Positions 51,001-62,629 of a DNA stretch of 64,000 bases are shown piece by piece. The position numbers were made by a program, and so were the translations under genes. Numbering within the stretch: the first letter of the stretch is position 1; each line of letters opens with the position of its first letter. The notes under the pieces were generated by a model, which ran no database searches, was not told the origin of the DNA, and saw only the letters and a list, made by a program, of their open reading frames with translations. Source of the stretch: Paecilomyces variotii (taxonomy: Eukaryota); assembly GCA_004022145.1 (NCBI GenBank), contig RCNU01000003.1; one strand, 5' to 3'.

Positions 51001-51870
51001 CGGGCTCTTCAGGGACATATACCGGACGCGGAGGCTGCGGAGGCGCGGGTACCTCTCGAGGAGTCTCCGCTGAGCTCACAGAGCCATGCTGTCTATGGAG
51101 AATACCTGCAATGGCGGCAGCAGGACCCTGCGCTGCCTTAGCTGGCGAAGGTGGTGTTGGAACAGACTCCTCCGGCTCAACCTCTGGACGCTGAGGTAGT
51201 GAGGGGACTGCGGGCGATGCGGGGGCTGCAGGAACAGCCGGAGCAGCTTGGGTCGTCGAATCTTCTATAATCTCGATATAATTCGACGGTGCGAATCCAT
51301 ATTCACCATTAATCCCGACCAGTGTCCAGTCCGGATCCGAGGTGTCGTAGACTACAAGCTCCGCATCTTCCGAAAAGGAGACCTCCTCATCCGTCTGTCG
51401 CGTGTAGTCGTAAAGCGCTCTAGCTTTGTGGGTGGGTTTAGCCTGATATCAGTGAGCATTTGTTAGTGATGATTCAATCAAGATCCAAGTCTCCTGTAAC
51501 GAACGATAAACACAATCTCCCAGGAAGTACCGGCCGCATTCCGGTCAACCGCACAGCGAACTACTTCCGGGAAGACAATACCAACTGTCCCCTAATGAGC
51601 TCCCCTTTTGAGAGGCCGATGACAGAAATGAAACACGCGAGATCACCAGGAGGATCGCATTGATGTCCTTACCTCCTCGACATAATTGTTCGGCACCAGG
51701 CCTTCGGGCTCGTCCTCGTCCTCACGTTCGGCCTTCTTCTTCGCCCTCCACCAGTCGTCCTCCGCGTTCTTATCTAGAACGTACAATAGATCACCTTCAT
51801 GGATCTCGAGCTCCCCTTCTGCTTGCGGCTGGTAGTCATAGACCGCGGTGTAGACGCCTAGAAAGGCCAT
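48072..51870 (-). CDS. SLA1: Endocytic adaptor Sla1 (three SH3, SHD1, SAM/SHD2, C-terminal QPTG repeats)
   Basis: Exons 51870-51673, 51442-50020, 49961-48174, 48097-48072. SH3 motifs AVYDY, ALYDY, VLYDF; SHD1 WTDRTGSFTVEAQF; DWFDFFL; ends NPFGF*. Confidence 0.95.
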
Positions 51871-52926
51871 GGTGGTGGGAGGTGATTATCCCCGGTCCAA
51901 GTCCCCTCCAGAATCGACTCCGTCAGTGGTGTTTCTGCCACTCTGCCAGCTTGACGGGGGTCTGTTGCCGGTAAGCTTGGTGCTGCTGATCACGCAGACG
52001 TGCGACGTCGCCCACTCGGGATCTGTGATTATTTTCCCAGGTACTCTGGTCCGATGGTGCTGGTTAGAGGGGCGACTGGATGATCAGGGTACAGTCCAGG
52101 AACAAGAGGGATCCGATCAGGTAGCGGACGGGGCTGCGTTACTGGCCCAGCTGGGTCGAACGAGTCGGTCTTGGCGGAACTGGTTGCGGATCAAGAGTTA
52201 TTAGCGGCATCAACTGGAGTAACTCGTGGTGGCGCCGTTGAGGAACGAGATTCTGCTCGAGCAATTAATTATTTTCTGAGAAGCTGCTGGTCTCTGTTTC
52301 GAACAGATAAAAAAAAAAAACAGACCACCTCGTGCGGTCTTGAGTGCAGTCGCAATCCCAGTCACTTTACCTGGAGACGAACTCTCGATCCACCGAACAG
52401 AGGATGTACTGTACTACTAGTACTTATCGAGTAAACATGAACCGCCACAAGAGAAGAAGAGCACAACACCAGCCACGATATGCTGAACTGCCAAGAGAGA
52501 TGAGATGATAGCAACTGACAATAATAGTCGATAGGGCCGTGATGAAGAATACCAAGACGCGATGATGTCGCGGTGGCTTCTGCTCTCAGCGTTGCTGGTC
52601 TCGACCCACCGCCTGACGTCCTCGTGCACTCCGTTCCTGGCCGTCCTAACTTGCTCCGGTTCTTTCGTCCTTCTGGAAAACGGTGGGATTCCAGAAGATG
52701 AGGATCAAGAAATAGTAGTAGTAATAAAAGAAGCGACAACTACAGATATGTGACAACTGAACAACTCTTGTCTATATTGTACAATCGTGATGATTCTTCT
52801 GCTGAGAAACTAATTAAAACAAGGGACTTCATGCAGGTCTACACCTGAAACTGGATACGCTTGAAAAAGATGACCACGGCTCCGTAGAGCAAATCACTAA
52901 GGCAATACTCCGTATATCCATCAAAA

Positions 52927-54560
52927 TTACAATTCTTCCTTGAAGGTCTCCTCGCTGCCTTCTTTGGAATCATCGTTGGTAGACTCTGGAGGAGGAGGTT
53001 GGTGCGGTGGCCGCGTCTTTTTCTCCTTGAGCGGCTTCGTCTGATGCTCGTCCTGAGCGGTCTCCTGCTCCTTTCTAGCGTCTCCCTTCTTATCCTCGTC
53101 GGACTGCTTTGTCGAATCGGTCGATTTCTCTGTGCCCTCTGCGGATCCGTATTCGTCTTCGTCGTCATCGGGGTCTAGGATCCCACGGATTTCCCGACCC
53201 CCGTTCACTTCAATCACCTCCAGCTTCCAATCCTTGCCCTTTGCCAGCTCCTCAAGTCGCTTCTTCAACAGCTCGATCTTCTCCGGGTCGAGGTCGAATT
53301 TCTCCAGCTCCTCCTTGGACAGCAGTTGCACCTCCCCGCCCTCCTTCTTAGCCACGACTTCCACTCTCTCCTCCCCAGCAGTCGCCACACGTCCCTTTTG
53401 GATCTCCTTTCCTTCCATGCCTACCAATTTCTGCGCGCCTACCTCGATCCCTCCCACCAGGGGGAATTCAGCGCTGGCAGCCTCAACAAGCTTCTGCGCC
53501 AGTCGATGAGCCCGCGCCGCTTCCCAGTCACCGATTTCGTCCGGGGTAATGATTTCCCGGCATTCAATCAGGTGGACGTCGTCATGTTGCGGTGGCAGGA
53601 ACGCGACATCATGGCAGAGCCGGGGAGTGTATATGATCATCAAGTACGAGCACGTTGTGAGCTCTTTAATCCACCCAATGCGGTCTGTCGACTGCGGATG
53701 GCAGTGGAACTGGATCTCGATCTTGCGCTCCTTGCCCGTCAAATCGCACTTCGTACCTCCGCCCAGCCGCTGCACGAGATATCTTGACTCCCCTTTGGTT
53801 TGTAGTTCCGCGACATCCGTGCTCATCTTCCTGTCTTCAGTCGCTTCTTCTTCCTCGTCATCCCCATGTCCAAATTTGCCTAGGACAAAAGAATGCGTGG
53901 TCGGGTCTTCGACAGGCGGGTAGCTCGGCACACCCATTCCAGACGGAAGAGCATGGAACTGCTTGACTTGGTTCTTGTAGCAGAACGAGTATGACCACCA
54001 TCCGGACACGTAGTACATGCACTTTCCCTCCAACTCGCGCAATAGTTCCAATCCGCGGTCCGTGGCGCGGGCCAGCTCTTTCTCCTCTTCTTCCTTATTC
54101 CGGGCATCATCGGTAGCTGTAGACGTTTCTGTTTCGACCCGGGGGATCTGACACAAGTATGGTTGACCCTGCAGAATCATCTCCTCATACGTGCCGGCAA
54201 ACCCATCCTGGGAACCGGGCGACGGATGACTGTTCTCTCCTTTTTGTGCCTTTGCCAATCGCACCTGTTTGTCCTTGTCTCCTTGCTCGTCTGAGGACGT
54301 AAATGCTGAATCTTGCGCTTCTAACAGTGCTTGTGCGTCGGACTCGAGGACAAATTCATCGGGGTAGACCACTCGAAACTAACAAGAAGAATCGAGTCAA
54401 CATCATCACCAAGAACTCTCAATGTAAAAGGTAGACTCACCTGCGGAAAAGCCAGAATATCATCATTAATACTGAACGTCTTGGAACCAGCCAGCACGCC
54501 TGCCGTCGCACATGCCAGCATCAGCAGAGGCGCAAGCTTGCTTCTCGTTGAGCGCTTCAT
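52927..54560 (-). CDS. YOS9: ER lectin Yos9/OS-9 (MRH domain)
   Basis: Signal peptide; intron 54440-54379; CMYYVSGWWSYSFCY, GTKCDLTG, KELTTCSY; C-terminal KEEL. Confidence 0.93.
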
Positions 54561-55302
54561 AATTCCGTCCGGTCCCTCACGGTAACCTAGCCTTCCACCC
54601 TGCCCATGCACTTGTAGATTGTTCTCTTCAACGACGTCCTGACCGGCTCAGGCGTAAAGCGGAACAAGACCGGACAATAACCCAGCCGAAATCACCGACC
54701 GGCAGACATTACACCAGTGCACTCGACAACTCTCCCTCACGAGAAGAAATCCAGCGCGTGAGAAGGAAGTAAGATTGCCGGATGCAGGAGGACTGTTCTG
54801 GACAGTTGTGATGATTGATCGGCACATGCGACAGGCGATAGTAGTCTTAAACTCCGTGCTTGACTTGGACCCACTGAGATCTGGCCTGTATATATATCCG
54901 CGTGGTTCGCGGAATCGGGCTTGGCGTCTAAACACATAAATAATTAGCAGTAGCAGAGTATGACCGTTGGTATCTTCAGTTGATTAATTGAAATTCACTG
55001 AGTATTAAGATTGATTCTGGTTACTTATTCTGTGTCGAGGTGCCAGATTCGAAGCGTCAGGTTTTATTAGGCTTGGAGTCAATATTATTGCTACAGTACT
55101 ACTGTAAGTTAACTACTCCGTGGTAGGTGCGTTTATATAGTTCCATCTCGAGCTCAAACAAACGTCTACAGTCTCTCAAGCTATCATCGATTCGTACTTT
55201 GCAAAACCATCCCCATATACGCAGATAATGCACCATATATACTAAATTCGTATCTATGGTACAAATCCCCTACCCTCCATATAGATACCCTACACAACCA
55301 AC

Positions 55303-57269
55303 CTACAGATAAACCAACACCGCCTCCGCCGCACCCACACTAACCACCGTCTCGCCATTTTCTCCCACATCCACATCCTCCACGACCTTATGACCCTGGA
55401 TCGTACACGTCCCGTTCTCAAACGTCTGACCCGCAACAGTGACAATCCCACCCTGATCTATCCTCGCCGTGGCCTTATCCCCCGTCAACCTCACTGCCGT
55501 CACTGTACTAGAAGAAGATGAGGTCGATAGACCAGCCAGTGTGAAATTAACACCACTTCTTGTTCCGGAGCTATAGTAGTCGGAATTATAGAGGAGGATT
55601 CGAGAGACGGTGTCGTTCTGGTAGATGGCATATGCGGCGTAGGGCGTGGTGCCGGAGTCGAGGGGAGCGATGCGCGAGGCGCCGTTTAAAGACAGAGCGG
55701 CCATGTAGGCGCCGTAGTAGGGGGCGCCCATGGTGTAGTTGCCCCACCAGCAGTATTGGCCTATGTGGATAGAATATAATGTTGGTGAGGATGCTGGTGA
55801 TGAATGAATGAATAGTGGAGATGGGAACGTACAGTTTCCAATTGTCCCTTGGTGAAAGAATAGTTGCTGTTTTGAGTCGGTGGATTAGTTACCTAGGTAC
55901 CTAATGTATATTCAGGTCCCGATGAAGAAGAAGAAGAAGAAGATGATCATCATTTAAGATTGTATAGGGGCCTCACCTTTGCTCCCAGAATCACGGCTTG
56001 CATAACATAGTCCAAGATCCAGAGGGCGGCGCCATAGGTTGGACTGATTCCACCACCGCCTTGAGTTGCTTTATTCGAGTGTCAGTGCATCTATAGAATC
56101 GTCACAGAGATGGCTTTACTCCGATGGATTAGGTACAGAGTGCTACATACCAGAATTGGTCTCCCCAAACACAAAGGGCTTATCCAGCGACGAAGCTGCG
56201 TTGATATCATCCTCAAATGCCGAAACACCACTAACTATGGAACTGTGGCTCATCAGATCTGTCAAATTCGCCGTAGACCCTGACTGCGGATAATAATGTT
56301 CACTGAAAGATCGTACGTAACTTGCAGAAGCGCCTTCCTTGGCAACTAACTCCTCGACGCTGAATGATCCCGTGCCGAAGAAGACGCCTGCTTGGATGAT
56401 GGACTCTTTGTCAAGAGCCGTAGCAACTGACTCCTGCCACGATACTTGAGAAGATGCATCTGCTGCAGCTGTCCAAGAACTTCCGTTGGCGATGGGGTCG
56501 GAGGAGACGAAGACTGGTATGGGTATTAGAAATCAATTTTTATGCTGTCATATAATAGAAGTATTATGCTTACAGTTTGGCTCATTGCCTAGTTCCAAGG
56601 CGTATAAATTTGGGATCACTGATACTGCTACCTTGGCTGCAGCAATTGTGTTTGAGATGCTATTGAGACGTCTATCCAGGCCTGTAATCATAGTAATGAG
56701 AATCAGTCAGTTATGTTGACTGTCATTTGAACAACGAGTCCAATACTCACCTAAAGTTACACTTCCATCATAGGAGCTAGCAATTTGCATAAATGATGGT
56801 CCAAAGGTAAGAGAATCCGGTGCGTCGGTAGATGATGCTACGGAGTAATTGACTGCGGTGCTTAGGCTGGGATCATATGTTGCTCGATCTCTGCAGAGCA
56901 AGGCTTCAGTTAGACTATGATCGTTGATATCACTACAGGTCTTCACTCACTGCGTGGTACCCCCGATCCTGATTGGAACTGCAGTACCCATAGCTTTTTT
57001 GAGGTTGCTCAGACAGACATTTGTTGCGGCTACATCTTGCATATATGCTGAAAATGCGAAGAACTCGAATCTAATAAGGAATATTAGTGAGGTCAGCTTT
57101 GATATTAGAATTGCCATGACACTTACGATACACCAACAGGAGCGGAGTCGAGTGTTCCACTTGCATTGGATGGGGGCGAGGAAGGGACAGCAAAAGTGAG
57201 GCTATAGATTGTTCTAGCGGAAAAAAGTAGGGCTGCTACAAGGAACCCTATACTCTGATTCGAATGCAT
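55303..57269 (-). CDS. Secreted glycoside hydrolase family 79 (beta-glucuronidase-like) with a GH79 C-terminal domain
   Basis: Eight exons. Signal peptide MHSNQSIGFLVAALLFSARTIYS; IRIGGTTQD; acid/base ELGNEPN; nucleophile FGETNSA; GAALWILDY; FFHQGTIG. Confidence 0.9.
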
Positions 57270-57782
57270 CTCGATACGATATTGGTTGGAGGTGTCTTTT
57301 CATGAGGGATCCTCTGGCTGCGCTTTATCACCCGTTGTGAACTCAAGTTGTAGTAAAAGCCATATACTTGCCTGGCCACCGAAGAATGAAAGCGGCGCCG
57401 TTTTCCTTTCAGACTTATCTTGAGTAGAAAACGGAACCATTTGTTTGACACAGAAAGCATTCAAATTTTATTGTTCTTGAATTTGTACTTGACAGGGCTA
57501 ATCTCATAGGGTTCAATGCCTATACTATCGTTGTTTAGCCGACATCCCTGCTAGAGCCCATATCAAGAAGTCCTCCAGGCGATCCAACTCCAATAAAAGC
57601 CCCTCATCAAAAGCGAGAGCCGATTGATGGAGAAATCTAAGCTTGAGAATGACATGGTTCACAGTAGTCGTTCACTTTTGCCTCACTGGGTCGGAGAGTA
57701 TTGCCAGCTTCGTCGTATGATTGAATATTGTACTGTAGATTGGTTTGCCTCCATTATTTAATACAACTCTCCACAACAGCAT

Positions 57783-57807
57783 TTCCCCGAATCACACTAC
57801 TTCCCCG
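57783..57807. promoter_or_regulatory. Paired TTCCCCG motifs in the divergent GH79/lyase promoter; the second overlaps a CreA-type SYGGRG site on the minus strand
   Basis: TTCCCCG at 57783 and 57801; the reverse complement CGGGGAA occurs at 59979, upstream of the transporter. Confidence 0.3.
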
Positions 57808-58089
57808 CATCCGTACTACTCCGGCGGCTCAATGAGATTCTGACAAGCTCCATGCCAGGACACAAGATAGTGTAGCTCTTTTCATGTGCTCGTAATGAGA
57901 TAATCTCTTTGCTCAGAACGTGCTCCGATTCCCGTCCACGGTCTAGACATTGCATTAACAACTGGGCGTTACATCAATACGAGCAGACAAACTTGTCCTT
58001 TTGAGGTCAAAGATGTACAGAATCATTAATTGATTGAGCTCTGAATTATTCTTCGGACATCTGTCTCTGTATCTCTGGCCTGTGGCATT

Positions 58090-59516
58090 ATGTTGTTGGC
58101 ACCTGAGATCAGCGTCCTGGGAGAGGACCCTCCCACCGTGCACCGCCTAAACGCTTGTGTGTATCAACAATCCGCAATCACAAGCTTCGGTGGACTCCAA
58201 TATGTCGCTTTCTACTCCAGAGATGGATCTTCAAATGCCAGATTTGTTACCCTTGCGCGGCGTAATATCCAAGAGGCGCCTTCGAACTGGCGTCAAGTGA
58301 CCTTCACAGACTATGAACAAACCACAGATGACGGCCACAACACGATTTCGATTGGAATCTGTCGAGGCGATGGAACCATACATATTGCATTCGACCATCA
58401 TTGCGATGTGCTGAAGTATCGGGTATCTCGTCCAGGCTTGGCTACTGATTTGAACGAAACAGCATGGAGTACAGAGAGTTTTGGGCCTATCCGCCATTCT
58501 CTTCCGGGCAGTTTGACAAACGAACCTCTAGTTGACGTTACATATCCCCGTTTTCTATCAACGGATGATAAGATGTTTTTCGAATGTCGTATTGGCAAGT
58601 AAGTCTAGACATTCACTTCGTTTATCGGATGCTGGGAAAAGGAGACTAACGAGTAATTCTCTACAGAGCCGGAGCAGGATCAGAAATCCTCTATCTGTAC
58701 GATGCTGCAGGACAGTTCAAGTTGATTGGGAATTACCTGATCGGGAGACAATGCAACCCTTATCCCAATGGTATTTCATGGCATCGTCCGACACGTACAC
58801 TACATGTAACATGGACAAATCGGCACTTTATCGACTACGAGGGGGCGACCAACCCAGAATCTACCGCTCACAAGGCGCAAACTGGCCCAAACGGTCCTGA
58901 GAATAACGAAGGGCTCTATTATGCTTACAGCTCTGATTACGGTCGAACGTGGAAGAGCCATTCGACAAAAGAAGAGGTCGCCACTGTCTCCTCGAAACCA
59001 GATACTGGGATGGACTCCCGTGACCGCCGGCTTTTGGCGCAAGAGATTCCCAAGAATAGCGGTATCATGAACCAAGAGGGCCAGATGGTGTGTCGTGATG
59101 GGGATATCCACGTTTTGAATCGGGAGAACACTAGTGGAGAAGAGCGCTGGATACATTACCATCTCGATGTTACTCATGGATGGAAGTTCTCAGCACTACC
59201 TTTTCTCAAGCCGACCGAATCTGGCCCACGCGGGAAAGTGGTCCAACACACTCAGTCCGATAGCATACTTTTCGTCCTTCCCTCCAACACAGATTCCAAT
59301 CTGGTCATCATCCGAGCCGCCCGTGGTAAGACACAGAAGTGGTACGATGAATACGATGTCGTCTGGAGGGAGGAAGGGTATACAGGAGAGCCACTAGTCG
59401 ATGAAGAAGCACTGAGTGAGCATGGAATATTATCCATCTTCACGACTCGCTCACAAGGAGGAAAGAGGGAAATTGTAGTGTTGAATTTCGATTTGAGCAA
59501 ACTAGTACTCGCATAG
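58090..59516 (+). CDS. BNR_4 beta-propeller protein, PL42 (Rha-alpha-1,4-GlcA lyase)/PL24-like, no signal peptide
   Basis: Exons 58090-58598 and 58667-59516. DDGHNTISIG...HIAFDHH, TYPRF, RIG, Asp-box YSSDYGRTW, IMNQEGQ. Confidence 0.8.
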
Positions 59517-60309
59517 GGTAACATGCTACGACGCCATTCCATCATGGATAAAATATGTAATTATATGATTCAAATGCTTCCTTACCCAAAAAAGAAAAGC
59601 GCCAGTGATTCTCAGCATGTCCATAAGAATCATTTTTATAAACGATTCATATCATTTTGGTCCCGCTCCCTTCTTCATATTTATCGCCCATCATCTTGAT
59701 GCCTTAAACAAAACGAAGCCATTATTTAGAAACAGTATCTACGGTGAATACGCTTTGTGGTTGTTCATCGAGATCTAACAATCACGGACTCATTGACGCA
59801 GCCCTTATGAGCTCGGGGTCCATTGAACCGAGCAATCCCCCTTAATTCCAACCTGGTTGGTGGAAACAATATCAACGAGACCTATTAGCGCCCATGCTAA
59901 TACTTATATTTTATCCCCATTGGTATGTGGCACCGCAGCATACCGCCTGGTAATAACCCCGGGATTAAGTTGAAAGTCCGGGGAAAGCATTAGCTTCAAT
60001 TCAGAATGCGGGGTTCCGTACCTAAAAGTCGCATTGTGACCGGCCATGGATAGGCCTGGCTAATCAAACAAAGAATGGATGGTGGTAGAATGGTCAGATC
60101 TATAGCTCAACAACCATGCAGAGATTCTCGTAGATGACTCGATCATAGTAATTTCCATTGTCACTTCCGGAGCTCTTTTACTAGGTACATATGCAGATAA
60201 CATCTGCCCATATTTGAGTCCGTCCCCTTAATACGACACGAATTGAACCTATGAATCGCATATAATCAGGCGTAGCGACAGTCACACGTCCTCCAGAACG
60301 GCTGTATAG

Positions 60310-62399
60310 ATGTCTTCCAAAATGAGATTCAGAACCCAGCAACATGTTGACCGTCAGGCATTGGAACATACGAACTTAAGCAATAACAAAAACGTGCCAT
60401 GGTGGGAAGATAGGGGCCTTCGGAAACTTAATTCCATGTTATTCTTTCTCATGTTCAGCGAGTTTACGCAGGGCTATGATGCGTCGTTGATCAATAATGT
60501 GCAACAGTTGACGGTTTGGCAGCGAGGTATATCCCATTCTGTTTTCATTGAGCTCTATTGGAAGAACTTGTTAACAGTATGCGATAGAGTTTCATCATCC
60601 ACACGGTAACATTCTCGGTGCCATGAGCGCTGCATATTGGATAGGTGAGTGTCTAGTACCAATCCCCCTTTCAAGCCTATCAGCACCAATGTTTACTTTC
60701 AGGCTAGGAAACATTATCGGGGTCGTATTTATTTCCAGCGTATCAGATCGATTCGGTCGACGGTGGTGTCTTATGCTAGGATCTATTTTATGCCTTGCCG
60801 GTACTGGTCTCGCTACAGGGGCCTCGGAAGCTGGAATGTTCATTGCAGGAAGATTGCTGCTGGGAATCGGGGGTGTCATTACAGGAGCAATTGGACCGAT
60901 GTGGATGGGAGAACTAGCATATCCAGCACATCGGGCTACGGCCACGTCCATGTCCAATACGACTTATAGTGCTGGATCGATTTTGTCTGCGTGGGTTACA
61001 TTTGGGTCTTTCCATATGGCAAGTTCATGGTATGGAATCTATCCGTTAAGATCTTCGAGATGGGAGTATCTTCTCGGCTTACTGACGTGCAGTCAGGGCG
61101 TGGCGCCTACCGACTATCTTCCAAGCTTTACCATCCATCCTGCAAGCAATTGGATCCATTGTTTTGCCAGAGTAGGTCAACCAGACCCCTCATTGTGAAT
61201 CTCCCTAAAAAGCGTCCACTATCTCCTATAGGTCGCCCCGTTGGCTTATCAGTAAAGGCCATGAAGAAAGAGCTCTTGATATCCTCACCGAGTACCACGG
61301 GAACGGAAACAGTGACGACCCCGTCGTCCGGTGCGAATTCAGAGAGATACGTGATACTATCGAACTGGAAATTGCCGCAAGGAAGACCTCCTGGAAAACC
61401 CTTATCAGCACCAGAGGGAATCTACGGCGATCATTCATCTTAGTCTGGTGCGGTACGTAGCCATATCCCATTCTCTGTAGTGGTTACCGCTAACTGGCGA
61501 AATCTATTCTATACAGGCGTCTGCAAACAATGGTCCGGAAATGGCCTAATTAGCTACTACCTTAGCAGCATGCTCAAATCCGCCGGCATAACCAAGGAGA
61601 TCCAAACTACCCTGATCACCGCTACAAGCGCCATGTTCAGCTTCGCCAGTTCCGTAGCGTTCGCATTTCTCCCCGGTCGAGTCGGTCGACGACCGCTTAT
61701 GCTATGGTCAATGGCTCTCATGTGGCTAGTCTTTTCGCTCATCACGGCCTGTACGGGAGTATATGTTGAAACAGGTAGTAAATCGGCCTCATACGCAACG
61801 GTTGCTTTCATTTATTTATACAATGCGGCACATAATCTCGGTTGGACGGGTGCTATGATGTTATATGGTGAGTGACTCCTCCGAAAACAAAAGCTTTCTC
61901 CCACATGTTTTCTATATTAGAATAAACACTGAAACTTGCAATAATACAGTTGTTGAAATCCTCCCCTTCGCCATCCGCGCCAAAGGCCTCGCACTTTTCT
62001 GGCTAGTCACCGGCGCAACGGGTGCATTCAACACCTACGTTAACCCTCTCGGCATCGACGCTTTCGCGTGGAAGTACTACTTTTTCTATGTCGGGTGGAT
62101 TATCATACAGTTTATTATTGTGTACTTGTTTTTTATAGAGGTATGTATATTCCGTTTTCCTTACCTAGATATATTTATTTTTTTCTCTCTCTCATGCTCG
62201 ATTCTGCTTCAACATGCTGTAATTCATACTGATGAAATAAAAAAAGACCAAAGGTCCAAGTCTGGAACAGATTGCGCTTCTATTCGATGGAAAAGACGCC
62301 ATCGTTGCGCATGTCAATCCCGTAGCGAAAGAATTCTTGGAGACGAAAGCTGAGAGTAAAGATGGGTTGCAGACAGTGCAGGTTGAGAGAGTTGGATAA
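60310..62399 (+). CDS. MFS sugar porter, lactose permease/cellodextrin transporter-like
   Basis: Eight exons. QGYDASLIN, SDRFGRR, ELAYPAHR, PESPRWL (across an intron), QWSGNGLISYY, VGRRPL, EILPFAIRAKG, ETKGPSLE. Confidence 0.92.
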
Positions 62400-62629
62400 G
62401 GTATTCGTCGGTGCATAAAGACGCTTACAGGTGACCTGTGATATCATAGGTCTGCAGCAGATTGGCAGATTATCTTGATTATTTTAGTCATAGTAGGACC
62501 TAAAGAAAGGTATCTCTTAGAAAATATGACCGTATAAATAGGCCAGTGAAAAATGACTTTGATATTCCCGCCTTCTTTTGTACATATGCAAGAGAAGGGT
62601 ATCGAAGGCTCTATAACTATAAGAATTAT

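Noticed and set aside
52927-52941. KEEL instead of HDEL/KDEL at the Yos9 C-terminus
   Set aside because: A known ER-retrieval variant; not notable
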